Part shown: piece by piece, positions 7,944 through 15,312 of the stretch
How positions within the stretch are numbered: position 1 is the first letter of the stretch
Layout: every line of letters starts with the position of its first letter
Source of the DNA: Fibrobacteria bacterium AD312
GTDB lineage: Bacteria; Fibrobacterota; Fibrobacteria; Fibrobacterales; Fibrobacteraceae
Assembly: GCA_001462345.1 (NCBI GenBank)
Contig: LIUM01000047.1
Coordinates: forward strand, 975-64,974
Length of the DNA stretch: 64,000 nt
Direction of reading: 5' to 3'
Notes under the pieces: model-generated
The model's input: the letters and a program-made list of their open reading frames with translations, nothing else
Databases searched by the model: none
What the model was told of the DNA's origin: nothing
Position numbers and translations under genes: made by a program

Positions 7944-8903
7944 ATGAAACCACCTTATGAAATTACGCCAAAGATTTTAAAACTATATGGCCGTATTAAT
8001 GAAGCCATCGGTCAATGTAAAAGTTTGAATCTGGTAAGGCCAGAAGCCAGACTTAGGAAACAGAATAGGATCAAGACAATCCATTCGTCGTTGGCGATTG
8101 AAGGAAATACGCTCAGTGTGGATCAGGTCTCTGCAATAATTGAAAATAATCGCGTGGCAGGGCCGAAAAAGGATATTATTGAAGTTCAAAATGCAATAAA
8201 AGCATATGATGTTTTGAATTCACTGAAGACTTTGAAAATGAGCGATTATTTAAAGTCTCATAAAGTTTTGATGGACGGACTGATTGCAAGCCCTGGAAAA
8301 TTTAGGACAAAACAGGTTGCCATAGTGAAGGGAAAAAACCTACAACATGTGGCACCAAAATATGATATTGTTCCTGGATTAATGAAGGATCTTTTTGATT
8401 ATTTGAAAACAGATCATGATTTGCCGATAATTAAAAGTTGTGTTTTTCATTATGAATCTGAATTTATTCATCCGTTTGAAGATGGCAACGGAAGGATGGG
8501 GCGGTTGTGGCAAACAAGGATATTGATGGATGAAAATCCAATATTTGAATATGTTCCGATTGAAGAGACAATAAAGAATAATCAGGAAAAATATTACAAG
8601 TCATTATCTGATTCAGATAATATTGGCATGTCGACGCCATTTATTGAATTTATGCTTGAAGCAATTGATAATTCGTTACGAGCAACAATTAGCGAGACAT
8701 CGGTTCCAAATTATGATTATGAAGCCCGATTTGAAATATTGTCAAAGAATATTAATGACTGGTTTGATCGTAAGGAATATATGAAAGTGTGTAAAGGAAT
8801 ATCAACAGCGACAGCGAGCCGGGATTTGAAACAGATGGTAAGCGATGGCCGATTAATAGTTTCGGGCACGGGCCGCATGACGAAATACAAAAGAGGCGTA
8901 TAA
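7944..8903 (+). CDS. Fic/Doc family protein (AMPylator-type Fido domain)
   Basis: The Fic motif HPFEDGNGRMGR is present. I trimmed the start to the ATG at 7944 downstream of E7. The TAA stop at 8901-8903 lies inside the gtaTAACc start of E8. Confidence 0.8.
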   Translation: MKPPYEITPKILKLYGRINEAIGQCKSLNLVRPEARLRKQNRIKTIHSSLAIEGNTLSVDQVSAIIENNRVAGPKKDIIEVQNAIKAYDVLNSLKTLKMSDYLKSHKVLMDGLIASPGKFRTKQVAIVKGKNLQHVAPKYDIVPGLMKDLFDYLKTDHDLPIIKSCVFHYESEFIHPFEDGNGRMGRLWQTRILMDENPIFEYVPIEETIKNNQEKYYKSLSDSDNIGMSTPFIEFMLEAIDNSLRATISETSVPNYDYEARFEILSKNINDWFDRKEYMKVCKGISTATASRDLKQMVSDGRLIVSGTGRMTKYKRGV

Positions 8904-8970
8904 CCATCGATGTAGCTGATGCTCGGATGAAACTCAGCATAACTGGTTCTAGAAGCGAGCGCCGAGGAAA
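8898..8970. repeat. attC-like element E8 (family B), 3' end degenerate
   Basis: Its sequence gtaTAACcatcgatgtagctgatgctcggatgaaactcagcataactggttctagaagcgag is about 85% identical to E5. No terminal GTTAGC is present, and the element abuts the rsmH stop. Confidence 0.45.
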
Positions 8971-8976
8971 ATAAAT

Positions 8977-10023
8977 TTATGCTCGTATCGCCCATCGCAA
9001 ACGAACTGATCTTGAGCGTGGATTGCTGAAACGTTCCTCTTTACTTCCTCTTATTTCTTTATCCTGAATGTATGAATATAGTCCTAATCGTTTTCCTTCT
9101 TCAAAGGAATGTACTACGCGATTATCTTCACCTGAATGAAAAGTAAGTATTGCAACGCGACCACCGGATTTTAAGCAATATGGTAAATTGGCTAGCAATG
9201 CTTCCAGCGCTGAAAGCTCTCCATTAATTTCAATACGCAGTGCTTGATATACTCGTCGTTCTGATTTTACGATATCATTATCGCTACGTTTCAATTCAGA
9301 CAAGGTGCTTTTTATTATTCTTGTAAGATCCATGGTTGTTTTCATTTCTGTGCGATTTTGAAAAATGGCGTGGGCAATTATGCATGCGTCTGGTTCATCA
9401 GCATTGTCCCGTAGAAGAGATGCAATTTTATTTTCTGTAATCCGATTCAATAAATGTGATGCGGTCTCTCCTTTTTCCTGGTTCATTCGCATATCCAGTG
9501 GTCCATCTTTTTTAAACGAAAATCCTCGTTCTGGATTGTCAATTTGCATAGATGAAACACCGAGATCAGCTAAAATCATATCAACATATGGAGGGTCGAT
9601 TGCTGAAAGTACCTTGGGAAGAGACGCAAAATTTGCATGGATTGCAACAAAAGATTCCGGTCCAAAACCTTCGCTACGAATTCGTGCCTCTGTTTTCGAT
9701 AACTCTACAGAATCAACATCCAGTCCATAGAGAATCCCGCCTGGTTGTATTTTTTTAAGTATCTCGCGCGTGTGTCCGCCGTAGCCAAGCGTTGCGTCTA
9801 CGGCTATTTCTCCGGGCTTTGGATCGAGAATAGCAAGTACTTCCTGCAAACAAATTGAACGATGAGTCCCTGCTGGTGTATCTCCGCGAGAAATAACATG
9901 TTGTACCTCTGCTTCATATTTTTCTGGGTTCAATTCTTTATACTTCTCAGAAAAGGTGCGAGGGTGTGTTCCCGAATAGCGCGGTCTTCGTTTATGTGGC
10001 TGATTTGAATTTGAATCTTGCAT
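8977..10023 (-). CDS. rsmH: 16S rRNA (cytosine1402-N4)-methyltransferase RsmH
   Basis: Conserved RsmH motifs are present (DATLGYGGHT, DLGVSSMQIDNPERGFSF, GPLDMRM, HSGEDN, NPRSRSVRLR). The ORF track extends the N-terminus to 10179, and I chose the internal Met at 10021-10023. Confidence 0.8.
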   Translation of the reverse strand: MQDSNSNQPHKRRPRYSGTHPRTFSEKYKELNPEKYEAEVQHVISRGDTPAGTHRSICLQEVLAILDPKPGEIAVDATLGYGGHTREILKKIQPGGILYGLDVDSVELSKTEARIRSEGFGPESFVAIHANFASLPKVLSAIDPPYVDMILADLGVSSMQIDNPERGFSFKKDGPLDMRMNQEKGETASHLLNRITENKIASLLRDNADEPDACIIAHAIFQNRTEMKTTMDLTRIIKSTLSELKRSDNDIVKSERRVYQALRIEINGELSALEALLANLPYCLKSGGRVAILTFHSGEDNRVVHSFEEGKRLGLYSYIQDKEIRGSKEERFSNPRSRSVRLRWAIRA

Positions 10024-10114
10024 TGTGTTTCTCTCAATATATAATAGAAAGAAAAAATATACTGAAGTAGTAGAGCTTGATATAAAGTTTATATATATCG
10101 TAGTTAAAAAGAAT

Positions 10115-10210
10115 TCTAACAACTGATAATTCCTTTTGTCACACTTTTTGCAGTCGCTCCGCTGCAAAAAACGCGCCAATATACGCGTTTCAGGTTAAGC
10201 AAATGTTAGC
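10115..10210. repeat. attC-like element E10 (family A), left arm partly deleted
   Basis: It runs from tcTAACAactgataattcc ... through ttgcagtcgctccgctgcaa ... to caggttaagcaaaTGTTAGC. Its right half is nearly identical to E4. Confidence 0.5.
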
Positions 10211-10337
10211 TGTGTGCCATGCAAAGGTGCACCAATCTACTCGGTGGAAGTCCGAGATCGGGAGATGCCAGAATCTGACATGTACCATTTTAACGGACAC
10301 AACCATCAGGTATATTTATATCTGAAAGAGGTATCCT

Positions 10338-10415
10338 ATGTCAGAAGAGAAACGAAAAAGGCAATATAGCCCTGAATACAATGCAAATGCGGTCAAATTG
10401 GCTTTAGGAAATTAG
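10338..10415 (+). mobile_element. IS3-family transposase orfA N-terminal fragment (remnant)
   Basis: A 25-aa ORF encodes MSEEKRKRQYSPEYNANAVKLALGN*, matching the conserved OrfA start (…KRxxYSxEFKxxAVKL). No transposase body follows it. Confidence 0.45.
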
Positions 10416-10518
10416 CAATACAAAATTTGAAAACATTATGAATATCTATTAATTAAAAATGCGCGTCAAAAAATAGGGTTCATAAATCGGATTTTTTTTT
10501 CTACATTTAGTTTTACTT

Positions 10519-10605
10519 GGAGAGATGCCAGAGTGGTCGATTGGGACGGTCTCGAAAACCGTAGTCTCCTCACGGGGACCGAGGGTTCAAATCCCTCTCT
10601 CTCCT
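10519..10605 (+). tRNA. tRNA-Ser (anticodon CGA)
   Basis: A cloverleaf was folded by eye: acceptor GGAGAGA/TCTCTCC, anticodon stem ACGGT/ACCGT with loop CTCGAAA, a long variable arm, and T-arm GAGGG/CCCTC with TTCAAAT. CCA is not encoded. Confidence 0.8.
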
Positions 10606-10615
10606 CTGCAACAAG

Positions 10616-10642
10616 AAAAGGATGCTTCGGTGTCCTTTTTTT
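10616..10642 (+). terminator. hairpin plus T-run after tRNA-Ser
   Basis: The hairpin aaaaggatgcttcggtgtccttttttt contains G·U pairs and is followed by a T tract. Confidence 0.4.
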
Positions 10643-10832
10643 GTTTTAAAACGTTAGGCTTTCATTTTGACTGCATCCAAAATTTTCTATTTAAGAGCAC
10701 TCCTAAAAATTGGTTTGACGAGAGGCATTAGCAATTGGATAAGCACAAAATTCAAGAATATTGGTGGTATTCGTAAGTTTGAACAAAAAATGAGATTTTA
10801 GAGGTGTCCATAACTGAGCTTTTTTGAAAAAC

Positions 10833-11597
10833 TTAAAATGATTTCTTATTTAAGAACGCAAACTCTTTTCCAACACAACAAGGACATTTGGGATTTTTTT
10901 CGACTGGAATTTGAACGAAAGTATTATTCCATAAATTCATTTCCGTTAAAACAGAAGTCGATGAATCGGGCTTTCCTTCAATAAAATAGCGAAGCAGTTG
11001 AGAAACCTCCATACCACCTGTCGTTGATACGGCAGGTCCCCAGACCCCAGCATTTAATGTTTCTTTTTCTGGCTTTTCTGGAAATACACATCTTAAACAT
11101 GGCCCATTAGGTGAAGTTAACGGCATCCATACAGCAGAAGTTCTTCGAATGGCTGCATAAACCCAAGGGATACCATGTTTTACGCAAACATCATTTAGTA
11201 GATATCGTTCTTCTAAACGATCGGTGGCATCAATAATGGCATCGACACCGTCTATTAAGGATTCAATATTTTGTGCATTTACGTCTAAAACGAGACTCTC
11301 TATTTCTACGTGATGATTGATTTGCCTAAGTCTTTGTTCTGCTGCTTTTGCTTTCGGTTTATGAACTTGAGCATCAGATTCATCAAATAAGTGCTGCCTT
11401 TGTAAATTACTCCATTCAACCACATCTCGATCGACTAGGCGTAAAAATTGAACGCCTGCTCTTGTTAAAAATTCGGCACAAGAACAGCCGAGTGCGCCAC
11501 AGCCAAAGACTAAGATGCGTAAAGAACTAATTGTTTTTTGCCCTTCTTCTTTAATGTTCGGAAGAGCAATTTGACGATCATAGCGATTTGAATCCAA
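10833..11597 (-). CDS. ThiF/MoeB family E1-like adenylyltransferase
   Basis: A GCGALG nucleotide-binding loop and two C-terminal CxxC pairs are present (GPCLRC…CPCC). Confidence 0.7.
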   Translation of the reverse strand: MDSNRYDRQIALPNIKEEGQKTISSLRILVFGCGALGCSCAEFLTRAGVQFLRLVDRDVVEWSNLQRQHLFDESDAQVHKPKAKAAEQRLRQINHHVEIESLVLDVNAQNIESLIDGVDAIIDATDRLEERYLLNDVCVKHGIPWVYAAIRRTSAVWMPLTSPNGPCLRCVFPEKPEKETLNAGVWGPAVSTTGGMEVSQLLRYFIEGKPDSSTSVLTEMNLWNNTFVQIPVEKNPKCPCCVGKEFAFLNKKSF

Positions 11598-11611
11598 GAA
11601 GGCCTCCCAAA

Positions 11612-12496
11612 TTAGAGAATGTCTATATTAAGAATCGACTTAAACACAGTGCCGATAGCAAAAGAAACTCCCGTTACAAGAATCGCTAAGATAAGCATTT
11701 CCAAAAATCGTGATTTGAAATGGAGATCTTTTGCAATTGCAATATAAAAGTTAAAAGCGAAAATAATGAAAACGACAATGGCAAGCATTATACTTAACGC
11801 AACTAAAGGCATTGAATTAGGAACTATTAAATAGGGGAATACCATTAAAGCTACAGTGGCTAAATACATGGCCCCAGTATATAAAGAAGATTTTAGTGCA
11901 TCGGGATCGCCGTCGGCTTTGGATGAAAGGTACGAAGAAGATGTCATAGAAAGTGTTGCCGAAACACCAGTGATTAAACCTGCTAGAGCCACAATTCGAG
12001 TGTTTTGCATGGCGAATGTAAAGCCAGCAAGAGCTCCTGTTAGTTCTATTAAGGCGTCATTCATGCCTAGAACCATCGAGCCAACGTATTTCAATCGTTC
12101 CTCATTAAGCATCCCCATAAGCTTGTTTTCGTGATCTGTTTCTTCACTCACAATTCGAGAAACTTCAGGGATTTCGTCCATAATAGATTGATAGGCTAAT
12201 ATTCCTGAGGCTTCCCCTTTTTCTAAAAATTTCACTATAAAAGTGAAACCAAGGAGTTTTGCTAAAAGGCTCACCCAAAAAACATAAAGACGGTTGGGTT
12301 TAAGCTTTTTTTTCGTGTATTTTGACCAAACAAGGGCGTGTTGAGCTTCATCTTTTGCAATTTGCTCTATAATCGCTTTGTTTTGATCTTTAACTTGACT
12401 CGCTATCTTAAAATAGATGGCAGAAGCATTCTCTTCAGTTTGCTGCATTTTAAGAATAATAGCATGTGTCTTAGGGCTAATCGTTTTTTGGTTCAT
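11612..12496 (-). CDS. ferritin-like/VIT1 family membrane iron transporter (MbfA-like)
   Basis: The N-terminal ferritin-like E/H motifs (KDEAQHA) are followed by a C-terminal multi-TM VIT1/CCC1-like domain. Confidence 0.65.
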   Translation of the reverse strand: MNQKTISPKTHAIILKMQQTEENASAIYFKIASQVKDQNKAIIEQIAKDEAQHALVWSKYTKKKLKPNRLYVFWVSLLAKLLGFTFIVKFLEKGEASGILAYQSIMDEIPEVSRIVSEETDHENKLMGMLNEERLKYVGSMVLGMNDALIELTGALAGFTFAMQNTRIVALAGLITGVSATLSMTSSSYLSSKADGDPDALKSSLYTGAMYLATVALMVFPYLIVPNSMPLVALSIMLAIVVFIIFAFNFYIAIAKDLHFKSRFLEMLILAILVTGVSFAIGTVFKSILNIDIL

Positions 12497-12607
12497 ATTT
12501 TTAAAATAGAATAAAAGGAAGTGAATAAAAAAGACTTAGCCTATAAAAGAGGCTAGTGGACTAAAATAATACCCTCTGAACCATATACATAAGTTAAATT
12601 TAGAAAC

Positions 12608-13189
12608 ATGCTTCGTGTAGGAATCACAGGTTCGATAGGCTCAGGGAAAAGTGCGGTAGGGCGTATCCTTTCTGAAAAGGGGTACCCCGTTTTAGATGCT
12701 GATTTATTAGTTCATCAGCTTTACGCCTCCAATTCCCTTTTGCGAGAGTCTCTTTCTGCTCGTTTTGGAAAGGAAATACTTACTCCAGATGGCGTTGATC
12801 GTTCTAAATTGAAAACGCTTGTTTTTCAAGATGATCAAGCGAGGCTTGATTTAGAAGAAATCGTATATCCTGTTTTAGAGCAAGAACAAAATCGAATTCT
12901 CTCTGAATGGGATGGTTCTTTTTCGGTAGCTTTTGTAGAAGCAGCCTTATTATATAGACTCCCTCATTTTGTAGATAGTCTTTTTGCTGTTTGGGTTGTT
13001 TCTGCTTCTGAAGAAGTCCGTTTAGAACGATTAATTCAAAGAGGACTTTCTTTAATGGAAGCGAAAAGCCGAATTGAATTGCAAAAAACGTTTCCTTTAC
13101 CTAATCACAAACATATTTTTTACATCCAGAACGATAGCTCTTTAGTAGAGCTTGCTGATGAAATAAATAAAAGGTTAGTTTTTTTGTGA
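12608..13189 (+). CDS. coaE: dephospho-CoA kinase
   Basis: A Walker A motif is present (GITGSIGSGKSAV). The product is ~190 aa and similar to CoaE. Confidence 0.85.
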   Translation: MLRVGITGSIGSGKSAVGRILSEKGYPVLDADLLVHQLYASNSLLRESLSARFGKEILTPDGVDRSKLKTLVFQDDQARLDLEEIVYPVLEQEQNRILSEWDGSFSVAFVEAALLYRLPHFVDSLFAVWVVSASEEVRLERLIQRGLSLMEAKSRIELQKTFPLPNHKHIFYIQNDSSLVELADEINKRLVFL

Positions 13190-13336
13190 AAAATCGCCTG
13201 TTTTAATTCCTTTTCAAAAAAGGTGATTTTTTATGCAAAAAAAATACAACATAATGCATCTATTTTTTATTGAAATGTCCAAACCAAATTCTAAATTTAA
13301 AACTAAATAGATGGAAAAAGAAAAAAAGAGGCACAA

Positions 13337-15034
13337 GTGTCCCAAATAATGAATGTTGTTGTTTTTTTAGCCGGTGGTTTAGGACTTTTTTTAATGGGCA
13401 TGAAATTCATGTCCGATGGCTTGCAAACGGTTGCTGGTCCTTCCTTAAAAACCTTGATTGGAGCAGTCACTAATAATCGAATTTTAGGCGTTTTAGTTGG
13501 TGTTTTAGTCACCTGTCTTGTCCAATCGAGTTCTATTACTTCTGTTATGGTTATTGGTTTTGTGAATGCAGAACTAATGATGCTCAAGCAAGCGATTGGT
13601 GTTATTATGGGGGCCAATGTTGGAACAACAGTCACTGGCTGGGTTCTAGTTTTAGATATAGGTAAGTATGGTTTACCTCTCGCAGGTGTATTTGGGCTAA
13701 TTTATTGTTTTGTTAGTAAAGAACGGATTAAATATTCTGCCCTTGCTATCTTAGGTGTGGGTCTTATTTTTATGGGTTTAGAGGCTATGAAAGCCGCTCT
13801 TGCTCCTCTGGCAAACTCCCCTGAATTTTGTGATTTTTTAAGACTTTTTGAGGCAAGTAGTTTTTCTGGTTTGATTAAATGTGTGTTTATTGGACTTGTT
13901 TTAACAGCTATAGTACAGTCTTCTTCTGCAATGCTTGGTGTAACTATTGCAATGGCTCATCAAGGGTTGATTGGTTTTGAAACGGCGGCTGCTCTAGTTT
14001 TGGGGCAAAATATTGGAACAACGATTACTGCTTTCCTTGCTTCCATAGGGGCATCTCGTGCAGCTCGTAGAGCGGCTTTATTCCACATTCTATTCAACGT
14101 ATTTGGTGTATTATGGGTAATTGTCATATTTAGATCGTATTTAGGATTTGTGGAGTATGTTCTTGAAGCGGTATTTAATATTACTGATCCTAATATGATT
14201 AAAACGGAAAATGGTGTTTCTGTGGCGCCTTATATGACTGCTTCTATTGCCACATTCCATACGATTTTTAATGTAGTGAATCTTTTGGTTTTATTGCCAT
14301 TTACTGGTATAGTTGCTTCTGTTTTGGAAAAACTGGTTAAGAAAAAAGTGGTTAAAAAGAAAATTGTGGCTACAAAATTGGACTTTCCTTTACTTTCATC
14401 TCCTTTTGCGGCTATTACACAATCGAATCGTGAAATTCTATTAATGAATGAGACGCTTAAAACGATGATGGGTGATCTTCGTGTTTGTTTAACGAATGGT
14501 CCTGATGCCCGCAAGAAACAAGATGCTATTTTTGGTGCGGAATCTCATTTGGATATAGCCCAAGAAGAAATCACTAATTTCTTAACGAACTTGCTTTCTA
14601 ATCGAGCTTCTCTGGCGGTTGCTAATGATGCAGAGCGTCAGTTACGCATGAGTGATGATCTTGAAACCGCGTCTGATTACATTACGCAAATATTGAAATT
14701 GCACTTAAGAATGTCAGAAAAAAATGTGGCTTTTGATGAAGAACATTCGTCAGGGATATTAAAGCTACATGACGAAACGACTCTCCTTGTGGATCGTGTG
14801 CAAGAGTTGCTTGAACAAGCAAATAAAGATGAACGAAATCTATCTGTAATACGCAAGCAGGGTTTTGATATTACACAGCTAGTCCGAGATTTACGAAGTA
14901 TGCATTGGAGTCATTTGGCTGAATGCCAATACGATCCTCTAGTGACAACAACATATACAGATATATTAAATGATTATCGAAAAATTAAAGAACATTTGAT
15001 TATTGCTGCAGAAACTGGTCTTGGAGTTAAATAA
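13337..15034 (+). CDS. Na/Pi cotransporter family protein with a C-terminal PhoU-like domain
   Basis: Two repeated Na/Pi-cotransporter half-domains are present (…QSSSITS…, …QSSSAML…). The conserved start is probably MNVVVFLAGG at 13349, whereas the ORF track uses the GTG at 13337. Confidence 0.75.
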   Translation: MSQIMNVVVFLAGGLGLFLMGMKFMSDGLQTVAGPSLKTLIGAVTNNRILGVLVGVLVTCLVQSSSITSVMVIGFVNAELMMLKQAIGVIMGANVGTTVTGWVLVLDIGKYGLPLAGVFGLIYCFVSKERIKYSALAILGVGLIFMGLEAMKAALAPLANSPEFCDFLRLFEASSFSGLIKCVFIGLVLTAIVQSSSAMLGVTIAMAHQGLIGFETAAALVLGQNIGTTITAFLASIGASRAARRAALFHILFNVFGVLWVIVIFRSYLGFVEYVLEAVFNITDPNMIKTENGVSVAPYMTASIATFHTIFNVVNLLVLLPFTGIVASVLEKLVKKKVVKKKIVATKLDFPLLSSPFAAITQSNREILLMNETLKTMMGDLRVCLTNGPDARKKQDAIFGAESHLDIAQEEITNFLTNLLSNRASLAVANDAERQLRMSDDLETASDYITQILKLHLRMSEKNVAFDEEHSSGILKLHDETTLLVDRVQELLEQANKDERNLSVIRKQGFDITQLVRDLRSMHWSHLAECQYDPLVTTTYTDILNDYRKIKEHLIIAAETGLGVK

Positions 15035-15049
15035 ACCCTAATCTTTTTC

Positions 15050-15076
15050 GCCCTCTCTAACGAGAGGGCTTTTTTT
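15050..15076 (+). terminator. rho-independent terminator
   Basis: The hairpin gccctctc-taac-gagagggc is followed by T7. Confidence 0.6.
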
Positions 15077-15312
15077 ATATAAAAAAAGAATGAATTTAAA
15101 ATAATTTGAGAACATATTTAGTGAGGGTGTTTTTTAAAAATTTGGTAATTTTTGTTTTACTAATTTTAGATTTTTGCGATAAAACGGCTTTCTGACTTTA
15201 ATTTATAATGATTTGAGTTTATTCCTATTGCTTTCCAATGATTTTTTACTTATCTTAAATAATTGCCTGCTGGGATTGTGGTGGGTTAAAAACCAAAAGA
15301 AGGGAATAAAAT

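Noticed and set aside
1600-10210. Possibility that the recurring repeats form a CRISPR array.
   Set aside because: The repeats are 80-300 nt imperfect palindromes, variable in length and sequence, and separated by whole genes of 0.4-2.2 kb. A CRISPR array has 25-40 nt identical direct repeats with 30-40 nt spacers. No cas genes are present.
13270-13473. A 67-aa ORF overlapping the start of the Na/Pi cotransporter.
   Set aside because: It is out of frame with, and inside the 5' end of, a well-supported transporter gene. The transporter's conserved start MNVVVFLAGG lies within it.
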